Source: Deltaproteobacteria bacterium
GTDB taxonomy: Bacteria; Desulfobacterota; Syntrophia; Syntrophales; JACQWR01
Length of the DNA: 64,000 nt
Direction: 5' to 3'
Assembly: GCA_026388415.1 (NCBI GenBank)
Contig: JAPLJV010000043.1
Coordinates: forward strand, 8,478-72,477
The position numbers and the translations under genes were made by a program. Every line of letters starts with the position of its first letter. The stretch's first letter is position 1. Positions 44,811 to 54,084 of this stretch are shown in pieces. Below the pieces are notes generated by a model. That model made no database searches. It had not been told where the DNA came from and saw only the letters and a list, made by a program, of their open reading frames with translations.

Positions 44811-44939
44811 AGACATAACACCGAGCGTGGCGTATTCGGTGGGCTGATTGGCAGGGGGCAAGGGATTCATTGGGATGATATAGACGAGGACATCAGCATA
44901 GAAGGGCTATTAGCAGGAAAACAATCTGGGGAAAGCTAA
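44811..44939 (+). pseudogene. DUF2442-like C-terminal remnant
   Basis: Hand translation ...ERGVFGGLIGRGQGIHWDDIDEDISIEGLLAGKQSGES* resembles the conserved C-terminus (..NWRLIG.G.GIHWPDLDEDISV..LLAG..SGES) as I recall it. No start codon, and the N-terminal half is absent. Confidence 0.4.
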
Positions 44940-44977
44940 GCATCATATAAAAAATGGCTTGAAGTAAGAGGCAACAA

Positions 44978-46123
44978 ATGAATATCCGTGAAGATTTTTT
45001 ACCATTGAGCAGGCCGGCGATCGGGGAGGAAGAAATCAGACAGGTGGTCGCCTGTCTGAAGTCCGGCTGGATCACCACCGGCCCTCTCTGTCAGAAATTT
45101 GAGGCGCAGTTTTGCGAACTTACGGGCGCCGGTCAGGCGGTTTCCGTCACTTCCGGGACCGCCGGCATGCATTTAGTGCTGCTGGCGCTCGGTATCGGGC
45201 CGGGGGACGAAATAATCACTCCTTCGATGACCTTTGCCTCCACCATCAATATGATTGTTATGCTGGGCGCGAAACCGGTTTTCGTTGACATTGATTACGA
45301 AACTCTCAACATTAATGCGGACCTCATCGAAGCAAAGATTACCGGCAATACAAAGGCCATTATCCCGGTTCATTTCGCCGGTGCGCCGGCCGATATGGAC
45401 AAGATTCTGGATATAGCCGGCAGGCACGGACTTACGGTCATTGAAGACGCCGCCCACGCCGTGGGAACCTGGTATAAGGGCATTCATGCGGGCGGGTTCG
45501 GGCAGATCGCGATTTTTTCCTTTCATCCGATCAAGAATATTACGACGGGTGAAGGCGGGATGATTGTCCATAACGACGGCAAAATGGAGCAGCAGCTTCG
45601 GCAGCTCAGATTTCACGGTTTGGAACGGGATGCCTGGAAACGCTACGGCAAAGGCGGCAACCCGGAATACGATATTCAGACCCCCGGCTTCAAATATAAC
45701 CTCACGGACATGCAAGCGGCCCTTGGGCTGGCCCAGTTGTCGCGACTCGAGGAATTGAACAAGCGCCGGGCTCATCTTGCCAAACTCTATATGGAGAGTC
45801 TCAAGGGTCTGAAGCGAATCGACCTTCCGGGTGTACCCGGTTATCGTCATATCCATTCCTGGCACCTTTTTATCATCAAGTTGCTCGATATGGACAGGAG
45901 GATTTTCATGGAAAAACTGTCGGAATATAATGTAGGGTATGGTCTCCATTTCCCGGCCAATCACCTGCTTGCCTACGTGCAGGAGCGCTTCACGATCCCT
46001 GCCGGATCTCTACCCGAGACGGAGCGGGCGGCGGCGGGCATCATTTCCCTGCCGCTCTTTCCGGACATGGCGGATGCCGACGTCCATTATGTGGGCGAGG
46101 CCATAAGGGAGATAATGAAATGA
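44978..46123 (+). CDS. arnB: UDP-4-amino-4-deoxy-L-arabinose--oxoglutarate aminotransferase (DegT/DnrJ/EryC1 family)
   Basis: 381 aa. FLPLSRPAIGEEEI..., ...SFHPIKNITTGEGGMI (PLP Lys). Context with arnC/A/D. Confidence 0.92.
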   Translation: MNIREDFLPLSRPAIGEEEIRQVVACLKSGWITTGPLCQKFEAQFCELTGAGQAVSVTSGTAGMHLVLLALGIGPGDEIITPSMTFASTINMIVMLGAKPVFVDIDYETLNINADLIEAKITGNTKAIIPVHFAGAPADMDKILDIAGRHGLTVIEDAAHAVGTWYKGIHAGGFGQIAIFSFHPIKNITTGEGGMIVHNDGKMEQQLRQLRFHGLERDAWKRYGKGGNPEYDIQTPGFKYNLTDMQAALGLAQLSRLEELNKRRAHLAKLYMESLKGLKRIDLPGVPGYRHIHSWHLFIIKLLDMDRRIFMEKLSEYNVGYGLHFPANHLLAYVQERFTIPAGSLPETERAAAGIISLPLFPDMADADVHYVGEAIREIMK

Positions 46124-47052
46124 TTTCTTTGGTTATTCCTGTTTATAATGAAGAAAAGAACATCAAGACGCTCATGAAGCGGCTCACACCCATTATGCAG
46201 GGAATAGGCTCTCCCTATGAGATTATCCTGGTTGATGACGGCAGCTCCGATGGTTCGCTTGCCCTTTTGCGGAAGTTTGCCGACCGCCCGGAGGTCAGGG
46301 TGGTGGAGCTGACCAGAAACTATGGGCAGCACGCGGCCATCATGGCCGGTTTTTCTCTCGTCAAGGGAGAAATTGTTATCACCCTCGATGCAGACCTGCA
46401 GAATCCGCCCGAAGAGATACCCCGGCTGGTCGCCAAAATGACGGAGGGGAACTTTGATGTAGTAGGCACCATCAGGAGGGGGCGCAAGGATTCTCTTTTC
46501 CGGATACTCCCGTCCAAGGTCGTCAATATGATTACCCGCAGGATTACGGGCGTGAAACTGAGGGACTGGGGCTGTATGTTGCGGGCCTACCGCCGTCCTG
46601 TAGTCGAACGTATGATTTCCTGTCACGAGCACGCGACTTTTATCCCCGCTCTGGCCACCTATTTCGGGAAGCGGGTCACAGAGATAGAAGTAGCCCACGA
46701 GGAAAGATACGGTGGAAAATCAAACTATCCCTTGCGAAAATTGATCAACCTGCAGTTCGATCTGGTAGCCTCTTTTTCCGATTTCCCCTTGAAATTGCTC
46801 CTGTATGGCGGCGTCGGCATGGCCTTGCTGGGGACTGTTTTCGGTCTGGTTCTGGCCGTGGCCCGCCTGTCCTATGGTGCGGCCTGGGCGGCGGAAGGCG
46901 TTTTTACCTTGTTTGCTATCCTCTTTCTATTCGTGGGCATGCAATTTTTTGCCCTCGGGCTGATCGGGGAGTATATTGGCCGCATCTACCGGGAAGTGCG
47001 CAAGCGACCCGAATATGTTATTGAACAAATTTATTCTTCTGATAAATTATGA
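46120..47052 (+). CDS. arnC: undecaprenyl-phosphate 4-deoxy-4-formamido-L-arabinose transferase (GT2)
   Basis: 310 aa. SLVIPVYNEEKNI, ILVDDGSSDGS, TLDADLQNPPEEI, C-terminal TM pair. Confidence 0.92.
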   Translation: MISLVIPVYNEEKNIKTLMKRLTPIMQGIGSPYEIILVDDGSSDGSLALLRKFADRPEVRVVELTRNYGQHAAIMAGFSLVKGEIVITLDADLQNPPEEIPRLVAKMTEGNFDVVGTIRRGRKDSLFRILPSKVVNMITRRITGVKLRDWGCMLRAYRRPVVERMISCHEHATFIPALATYFGKRVTEIEVAHEERYGGKSNYPLRKLINLQFDLVASFSDFPLKLLLYGGVGMALLGTVFGLVLAVARLSYGAAWAAEGVFTLFAILFLFVGMQFFALGLIGEYIGRIYREVRKRPEYVIEQIYSSDKL

Positions 47053-47972
47053 AGACTGTCGTTTTTGCCTACCATGACATGGGTCTTACGGGGCTTACGG
47101 CCCTGCAGCGGGCCGGTCTGGAGATCGCGGCCGTTTTTTCTCATGCCGACGACCCCAAGGAGAATTGCTGGTTTGGTTCTGTGCCCGACTGGGCCCAAGA
47201 AAATAACGTTCCCCTTTTCTGTCCGGAAAACGTGAACACGGAAGCGTGGTTCGCAAAGATTTCCTGCTTGGCCCCGGAGGTAATATTCTCATTTTATTAC
47301 CGCCACCTCCTGGCAGGAGAAATTCTGACCATTCCTCCTTTAGGGGCATTCAATCTACACGGCTCCCTTTTGCCTTATTATCGTGGCCGCTGTCCCGTCA
47401 ACTGGGTGCTGGTCAACGGTGAGACGCAGACGGGCGTCACTCTGCATCGCATGGTGGATAAGGCGGATGCCGGCGCTATTGTTGCCCAACAGGCAGTGCC
47501 CATCGCCTTTGCAGATACGGCGCGAAGCCTCTATGGAAAGCTTTGCCGACAGGCAGCAGTGTTGCTAGACGAGGTCCTGCCCCTGATAAAAACGGGAACG
47601 GCCCCGCGTATCCCGCAGGATTGGCGGCAAGGAAGCTATTACGGCCGCCGCACCCCGGCGGATGGCCGTATTGACTGGCACTGGCCGGCGCTCACCATCT
47701 ACAATCTCGTCCGGGCGGTAACGGCGCCTTATCCGGGAGCCTTTACTTTTACCGCCGGTGGTGACATGATTACCATCTGGTGGGCGCAACCGGAAGACGG
47801 GGCGAGCATCGCCGGGCAGGCAGGTCAATTGCAATTAGAAAAGGGCGCCGTCCTGGTCTGTGCCGGCGAGGGACGTCTCAAACTGCTTGATGTGGAAATT
47901 AACGGTAAGCATTTGAAAAACGCTGAGATAGAAAATTATTTTACGGAAAGAGAAGGGGAAGTATTACTATGA
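47049..47972 (+). CDS. UDP-L-Ara4N formyltransferase (stand-alone ArnA N-terminal domain equivalent)
   Basis: 307 aa. [42 protein letters not shown] formyltransferase motif. Confidence 0.9.
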   Translation: MKTVVFAYHDMGLTGLTALQRAGLEIAAVFSHADDPKENCWFGSVPDWAQENNVPLFCPENVNTEAWFAKISCLAPEVIFSFYYRHLLAGEILTIPPLGAFNLHGSLLPYYRGRCPVNWVLVNGETQTGVTLHRMVDKADAGAIVAQQAVPIAFADTARSLYGKLCRQAAVLLDEVLPLIKTGTAPRIPQDWRQGSYYGRRTPADGRIDWHWPALTIYNLVRAVTAPYPGAFTFTAGGDMITIWWAQPEDGASIAGQAGQLQLEKGAVLVCAGEGRLKLLDVEINGKHLKNAEIENYFTEREGEVLL

Positions 47973-49006
47973 ATGTCCTGATATTAGGGGTAAACGGGTT
48001 TATCGGTCACCATTTGACGAAGTGCATCCTGGCCGAGACGGATTGGAGCGTCTATGGCATGGACCTCTCCGACGATCGGCTCGGGAAGGCCCTGGATAAT
48101 TCCCGCTTCCATTTTATTGAAGGCGATATATCCATAAACCGGGAATGGATCGAGTATCACATCAAAAAATGCCACGTGGTCCTGCCTCTGGTCGCCATTG
48201 CCACGCCGAAGCTCTATGTTGAAGACCCGCTGGCCGTTTTTCATCTTGATTTCGAGATGAACCTGAACATTATTAGACAGTGTGTAAAGTATCATAAAAG
48301 GGTGGTCTTTCCCTCCACATCGGAGGTCTATGGCGCCTGCCCGGATGACGAGTTTAGGGAAGATGAAAGTTTCCTCGTGGTCGGACCGATCAGGAAGGAA
48401 CGCTGGATCTATTCCGCCTCCAAACAGCTTCTGGACCGGGTTATCTACGCCTATGGCACACGCGGCAACTTTGATTTTACCCTTTTCCGCCCCTTCAACT
48501 GGGTCGGGCCGCGCCTCGATTCCCTCTACGCCGCAAAGGAGGGGAGCTCCCGGGTGGTCACCCAGTTTATTGCGGAGTTGCTGCTGAAGCGTCCGCTCAA
48601 GTTGGTGGACGGAGGCCTGCAAAAACGCTGCTTTACCTACGTGGACGATGGCATCGCCGCCTTGCTGAAAATACTGGAGAACAAGGACAACCTCTGTAAA
48701 AACGAGATCATCAATATCGGCCATCCCGATAACGAATGTTCCGTGAAAGAGCTCGCCACCCTTCTGAAAAATATATTCATGGCCCATCCCGATCATGTCA
48801 ATGACCCTGAATACTCGGAGATTGTGCAAATTCCCTCGGAGACTTACTACGGGAAGGGTTATCAGGACATTTATTCTCGTAAGCCAAGCATTGTCAAGGC
48901 CCGGAAACTTCTCGGCTGGACGCCATCCGTCGGGCTGGAAGACGCGTTAAAGCGGACCCTCTATTCCTTTCTGGAAGAAAATGCCGCGGAAGTCCGCTCA
49001 TCCTGA
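47969..49006 (+). CDS. UDP-glucuronate oxidative decarboxylase (stand-alone ArnA C-terminal domain equivalent, SDR)
   Basis: 345 aa. [30 protein letters not shown] (YxxxK). Confidence 0.9.
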   Translation: MNVLILGVNGFIGHHLTKCILAETDWSVYGMDLSDDRLGKALDNSRFHFIEGDISINREWIEYHIKKCHVVLPLVAIATPKLYVEDPLAVFHLDFEMNLNIIRQCVKYHKRVVFPSTSEVYGACPDDEFREDESFLVVGPIRKERWIYSASKQLLDRVIYAYGTRGNFDFTLFRPFNWVGPRLDSLYAAKEGSSRVVTQFIAELLLKRPLKLVDGGLQKRCFTYVDDGIAALLKILENKDNLCKNEIINIGHPDNECSVKELATLLKNIFMAHPDHVNDPEYSEIVQIPSETYYGKGYQDIYSRKPSIVKARKLLGWTPSVGLEDALKRTLYSFLEENAAEVRSS

Positions 49007-49030
49007 GCTGGTCGAAGGAGGCATGCTCCC

Positions 49031-49891
49031 TTGAAAAAACTGCTGGGCCTGAAGATTGATGTGGATACCTACGTGGGAATGGAAAAAGGTGTGCCTTCCC
49101 TCCTTAAGGTATTGGCAAAATCGGGCTTTAAAGCAACGTTCTACCTCAGTATCGGACCAGACGCCTCCGGTCGGGCGATGCTGACGCTCTTGCGCAACCC
49201 GCTTTTTTTGAAAAAGATGTGGCGCACCAACGCCGTTGGCCTCTATGGCCTGAAAACCGCCCTCTACGGGACCCTGCTGCCTTCGCCCCTCATTGCCCTT
49301 TCCTTCCCGGACCTGGTCAAGGAGATCATTGCGCAGGGTCACGAAGTACAGTTCCATGCCTGGGATCACCGGCGCTGGCAGGATGACATTGATCGCCATT
49401 CCGCCGCCTGGATCGGCGAGTGGTTTGCCCGGGGGGTGGAAGGATTCATCAAGCTGACCGGTCAGGCGCCGACGTCCTTCGGGGCGCCGGCCTGGTTGGT
49501 GGACGAGCGGGTTATGGAGATCGTGAAGGCTTACAATTTCTTATATTTAAGCTGCACCCGGGCTAAAGAACCGTTCATCCATGAAGGTTGCGGCCTCGTC
49601 GAGATACCTTCCGATTTGCCCTGTCTGGAGGAGATGGGTGCGGAGCGCGGCGCCGACATCATCGCCGGTATATTGCAGTCGGGGGGCATGCACGTCTTGC
49701 CCCTCCATGCCGAGGTGGAAGGCGGCATCCGGCAGGACTGGTTTGTTAAGCTAATGGAGAAGGTCGTGGCGATGGACTATCGGGCCGTACCCCTCGGCGT
49801 CATCCATGCCGAGCTGGCGCAGGAGACCCTGCCAATCCGCAAATACCGGATTGCGATGCTGGCCGGACGGGCCGCCCCCTGCGCCATTTGA
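49031..49891 (+). CDS. arnD: 4-deoxy-4-formamido-L-arabinose-phosphoundecaprenol deformylase (polysaccharide deacetylase family)
   Basis: 286 aa. LKIDVDTYVG..., GHEVQFHAWDH. TTG start assumed. Confidence 0.88.
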   Translation: MKKLLGLKIDVDTYVGMEKGVPSLLKVLAKSGFKATFYLSIGPDASGRAMLTLLRNPLFLKKMWRTNAVGLYGLKTALYGTLLPSPLIALSFPDLVKEIIAQGHEVQFHAWDHRRWQDDIDRHSAAWIGEWFARGVEGFIKLTGQAPTSFGAPAWLVDERVMEIVKAYNFLYLSCTRAKEPFIHEGCGLVEIPSDLPCLEEMGAERGADIIAGILQSGGMHVLPLHAEVEGGIRQDWFVKLMEKVVAMDYRAVPLGVIHAELAQETLPIRKYRIAMLAGRAAPCAI

Positions 49892-49950
49892 AGGCTGGAA
49901 TTCGGCATATAAGGGACATAATTCAGGAGTAAATAGGAAAGGAGTCAAAC

Positions 49951-50223
49951 ATGGCAGTCAAGGTGCACGTTCATACCACTCATACGCAATTTACCGATGG
50001 CCTGGAGATTGTTGCCACAGAAGGAAAAACAGTGGCCGAATGTCTGGCACAGCTAATCAGGCAGTTCCCCGGCATGGAGAAGGCGCTTTTTGCAAAAAGA
50101 GATAAACTGCTAAACACGGTTGAAATTTATGTAAATAATGCCAGCGCATACCCCGATGAACTCGGCAAGGCCGTTAACGATGGCGACGATATCCACCTTT
50201 TTGTCATGCTTTCGGGAGGATAG
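49951..50223 (+). CDS. MoaD/ThiS-family ubiquitin-like small protein ending in Gly-Gly
   Basis: 90 aa. ...IYVNNASAYPDELGKAVNDGDDIHLFVMLSGG*. AAAGGAG SD. Confidence 0.75.
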   Translation: MAVKVHVHTTHTQFTDGLEIVATEGKTVAECLAQLIRQFPGMEKALFAKRDKLLNTVEIYVNNASAYPDELGKAVNDGDDIHLFVMLSGG

Positions 50224-50259
50224 GGGCAATGACGCTGCTTGCGCCGCCCCTATTCTGCA

Positions 50260-51975
50260 CTAGGATCGCGCCTTATTGGTCTCCGGCCAATCAATCGCCA
50301 GTGTCTCCGGGTTGATGATAACGCCATAGTCGGCACCGGCGCTTGCTATGCTGACATAACCCTCGGTCACATCGCTTAACACCATCTCGGGATCGCGGGC
50401 GAGCGGATTGCCGTAGCCGCCGCCGCCGGGGGCGTCAATGGTCACCACGTCGCCCGGTTGCAACCGCGTTAATCCATAGGCATTACCTGATTCTCCGTTG
50501 ACCAGGAACTGTGCCCTGGCGCCGGGCTTGCCGTCAAAAAGCCCTTCCGCCGCGTAGACAAACCGGCCCGCCTGGATACCCAGATTGACGGGCGGGAGGG
50601 GGGCATATTCGTCGTCGGGCACGCGGAATAGTTCCCTTTTGCCGAGGCCGCCCTTCATCTTGCCGGGGCCGCCCGAATCGGCGAGCAGTTCTCTCTTCTC
50701 CACAATCAGCGGGGTGTCGCTTTCAAAGATCTCCACGGGCGTATTGGCGCCGTTGGCCGGGAAGATGTAGACGTAATTCCCGTCATTGCTGGCGCCTGCC
50801 CCCATGCCGCCTCCCCGGATGATCACGGAATGCCAGGGCTTACCGTCTTTCCTTTTCCCGTAAAACACGTTCATGGCCGCCGGCGTGCCGCCTGATCCGG
50901 CAATGACGCTGCCGGGCAGGACACCGGAAAGGCCCCGGTAAATGACTTCCGTGATGAAATGACCAACCACGAGACGTGCAGCCACGGCGGCCGGAAATTT
51001 GCAGTTGACCACGCTGCCCTCCGGGGCGCGCAGGCGTATCGGCTTGGCGCAGCCTTCGTTATTGGGGATATCGGGGGCAAACATGCTCTTGATCGCCATG
51101 AAGACATAGGCATAGGTGAAATTATAAACCACGTTGCCGCCCCAATTCACCTGCCCCGAAGAGCCGGTGAGGTCCACGCTGATGTCGCTTCCCTTGACCT
51201 CGATCTTGGCCTGAATAATAATGTCTTCCTTGGCCTTCATCTGCTCGACAATGCCTTGGGCCGGATAGATGCCGTCAGGGATTTTCTCGATTTCCTTGCG
51301 CATGCTTTTCTCGGTGAGGCTGATAATCTGGTCCGCCAGGTCATCGAGGCTGGCAAGGCCGCTTTCTTTGAGCATCTGGCAAATCTTATCCGCACAGACG
51401 TGATTTGCCGCGATCTGCGACCGGATATCCCCGATCACCTCATCGGGCGTCCGGACATTCCACCGGATCATATCCATGACTGACTCGTTCAGTACTCCCC
51501 GGTCATAGAGCTTCACGACGGGAATAAACAAGCCTTCTTCAAAAACATCCTGATTATCGGACGATACACGGCCGCCGATGTCGGAGTGGTGAAAAACGCA
51601 GGCCGTGAAGGCGGCCAGTTTACCCTCGTAAAAGATGGGGCTCATGACACAGACATCATTAAGATGGCCCGCCAGTGCCCAGGGGTCATTCGTGATGAAG
51701 GCATCGCCGGGTTGGTAGTAGTCCACGGGGAACCGGTTGACGAGATTCTTGACCCCCAGGGCCATGGCGCCTGACTGGCCCGGTGTGGCAAAGCTACCCT
51801 GGGCCAGTTCCCGTCCTTTCCGGTCGGTAAACATGCAGGTGTAATCATGGGCATCCCGGAGCAGGCTCGAAAAGGCCGTCCGGGCGACGCTGCCGTCAGC
51901 CTCATCTACAATGGAAATAAGCCGGCGCCATAATATCTCTAACGTGATGGGATCGAAAGTCTGCCCCATTTTCAT
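50260..51975 (-). CDS. hyuB: hydantoinase B/oxoprolinase-family protein
   Basis: 571 aa. DPITLEILWRRLISIVDEA..., RDAHDYTCMFTD..., GGGYGNPLARDPEMVLSDV. Confidence 0.92.
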   Translation of the reverse strand: MKMGQTFDPITLEILWRRLISIVDEADGSVARTAFSSLLRDAHDYTCMFTDRKGRELAQGSFATPGQSGAMALGVKNLVNRFPVDYYQPGDAFITNDPWALAGHLNDVCVMSPIFYEGKLAAFTACVFHHSDIGGRVSSDNQDVFEEGLFIPVVKLYDRGVLNESVMDMIRWNVRTPDEVIGDIRSQIAANHVCADKICQMLKESGLASLDDLADQIISLTEKSMRKEIEKIPDGIYPAQGIVEQMKAKEDIIIQAKIEVKGSDISVDLTGSSGQVNWGGNVVYNFTYAYVFMAIKSMFAPDIPNNEGCAKPIRLRAPEGSVVNCKFPAAVAARLVVGHFITEVIYRGLSGVLPGSVIAGSGGTPAAMNVFYGKRKDGKPWHSVIIRGGGMGAGASNDGNYVYIFPANGANTPVEIFESDTPLIVEKRELLADSGGPGKMKGGLGKRELFRVPDDEYAPLPPVNLGIQAGRFVYAAEGLFDGKPGARAQFLVNGESGNAYGLTRLQPGDVVTIDAPGGGGYGNPLARDPEMVLSDVTEGYVSIASAGADYGVIINPETLAIDWPETNKARS

Positions 51976-54068
51976 ACCTCCTTAAGATCAATCCACAGAA
52001 ATCCGAACTCATCCGTCGTTGCGCGGGCATCCTCGCCCACAATGAGGGTTGACTCCTTCTCTTCGATAATGGCCGGACCTTGAAACTGAGCGCCGGGAAA
52101 GAGTTGATAACGATCGTAAACCGTATAGGGGATAAAATCCTTAGCCAGCGGCGAGTAGGCCTGGCGTTTTCCCTTAATCGCCTTGCTTAACGTCTGCCCT
52201 TTAGTTACCGCAAGTTTGGGCAGTTGCAGGAGCCGCTCCGGCAGGCTGGCCCGCACCTTGAAATTGATGAACTCCACCTCCGATTCCGGATAGGTCCGGC
52301 CGTAGAGCTTCTCATAGACATCGTCGAATAATCTCCGCACGTCCGTTCGCTGGAGTTTAGTGAAGTCACCGGCCGGCACAGGAACATTGATCTCCGCCCC
52401 CTGTCCCACAAAGCGCATGTCGAGAGATCGTTCATAGCGGATAATATCGTCGGCGGCTTCCTTCTTGAGTATTTTCGCCGCCTCCGCCTCCAGCCCCCGG
52501 AAGATGGCCTCTATCTCCGGAAAGGCGACGCCGGACAGGGAAACCTTGTGGCTGCGGAGGAGGTCAAAGGCCCGGGGGGCGGTGAAAAAGCCCATGGCCG
52601 AACCAACCCCGGCATTCGGCGGGATCAGCATCCGGGGGGCGCCGAGTTTCTTCGCCAGACCGTAGGCGTGAACCGGACCTGCCCCGCCAAAGGCGGATAT
52701 CGTTACGATCCTCGGGTTTCCGCCTTTTTCCGCAATATGCGTCTTGGCGGCCCCCGTCATCGTCTCGTTGATGAGATCATGGATCCCCCAGATAGCCTGG
52801 ATAAAGGAAACTCCGAGTGGCTTGGCAATTTTTTCTTCCACGCCGCGCCGGGCCGCCTCCTTGTCTAACTTCATCCCGCCGCCGAGGAAATATTTCTCGT
52901 CCAAATAACCAAGCAGCAGATCGGCATCGGTCACGCAGGGATCAGTTCCCCCTCTCCCGTAACAGATGGGTCCGGGCGCCGCGCCGGAACTTTCCGGCCC
53001 CACCTGCAGCGTGCCCATCTTGCTTACCTTCGCGATGCTGCCGCCGCCCGCTCCGATCTCCATCAAATCAACAACCGGCACCTGGATAGTGATACCACTG
53101 CCCTTCATGAAACGCTGGACACGTCCGACCTCGAAGGTCGGCACAACGCCGGCGACGCCTTTCTGGATCAGGCAGGACTTGGCCGTCGTGCCCCCCATAT
53201 CGAAACAGAACATCTCCGAGATATTGAAGTGCTTGCCATAGTATTGGCCGGCAATGACCGCCGCGGTCGGTCCCGACTCGATGATGCGGACGGGAAACTC
53301 GGCCGCCGTTTCAACCGATGTCACCCCACCGCTCGAAAGCATGATAAAGAGCTTGCCCTGAAAGCCGATGGACTTCAGCCGGCCGGCCAGCTTGGACAGA
53401 TATCGCCCCGTCAGGGGCTTGACGTAGGCATTGGTAACGGTGGTAGAGGTTCTCTCATACTCCTTGATCTGCGGCAGTACGCGGTAGGAAATCGACACGG
53501 AAACCCCTGGCGCTTCACTCGCGATGATCTCTTCGAGCATCAGCTCATGGGTTGGATTTTCAAAGGAGTTAATGAGACAGACGGCAATAGACTCGACACC
53601 CATCTTGAGGAGGGCGCGGATGGTCTGTCTTGCTTCTTCCGGGTCCAGGGCTTTGATAACGCTCCCATCGCTGCGGACCCTCTCGTCCACTTCCAGGCGA
53701 TACCTTCTGGGAACCAGCGGCTGGGGAAACTCGGCAAATACGTCATAGGGGGCGTAGCGCATCTCGCGGCCAATTTCCAGGATGTCCCGGAAGCCCTTGG
53801 TCGTGATGAGCCCTGTCCGGGCGCCCTTTCTCTCGATGATGGAATTGATGACTAAGGTTGTGCCATGAATCAGCTCCTCCAACCGGGCGATAAAGTCCGG
53901 CGCCGTCTTTTCCAGCTCTCTGATCCCCTCTTCCACGGCATCGGAGGGATCACCAGGAGTGGTCAGGCACTTGCCGGTCTTGATCTCCCCGGTTTGATCG
54001 TTCAGCAGGACAAAGTCGGTAAACGTGCCGCCGATGTCACAGCCCAGCCGGTAATGCTTGTCTTTCAT
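51972..54068 (-). CDS. hyuA: hydantoinase A/oxoprolinase-family protein
   Basis: 698 aa. YRLGCDIGGTFTDFVLL..., FDMGGTTAKSCLI... 4-nt overlap with hyuB. Confidence 0.92.
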   Translation of the reverse strand: MKDKHYRLGCDIGGTFTDFVLLNDQTGEIKTGKCLTTPGDPSDAVEEGIRELEKTAPDFIARLEELIHGTTLVINSIIERKGARTGLITTKGFRDILEIGREMRYAPYDVFAEFPQPLVPRRYRLEVDERVRSDGSVIKALDPEEARQTIRALLKMGVESIAVCLINSFENPTHELMLEEIIASEAPGVSVSISYRVLPQIKEYERTSTTVTNAYVKPLTGRYLSKLAGRLKSIGFQGKLFIMLSSGGVTSVETAAEFPVRIIESGPTAAVIAGQYYGKHFNISEMFCFDMGGTTAKSCLIQKGVAGVVPTFEVGRVQRFMKGSGITIQVPVVDLMEIGAGGGSIAKVSKMGTLQVGPESSGAAPGPICYGRGGTDPCVTDADLLLGYLDEKYFLGGGMKLDKEAARRGVEEKIAKPLGVSFIQAIWGIHDLINETMTGAAKTHIAEKGGNPRIVTISAFGGAGPVHAYGLAKKLGAPRMLIPPNAGVGSAMGFFTAPRAFDLLRSHKVSLSGVAFPEIEAIFRGLEAEAAKILKKEAADDIIRYERSLDMRFVGQGAEINVPVPAGDFTKLQRTDVRRLFDDVYEKLYGRTYPESEVEFINFKVRASLPERLLQLPKLAVTKGQTLSKAIKGKRQAYSPLAKDFIPYTVYDRYQLFPGAQFQGPAIIEEKESTLIVGEDARATTDEFGFLWIDLKEV

Positions 54069-54084
54069 TGATACCTCCCCCTAC

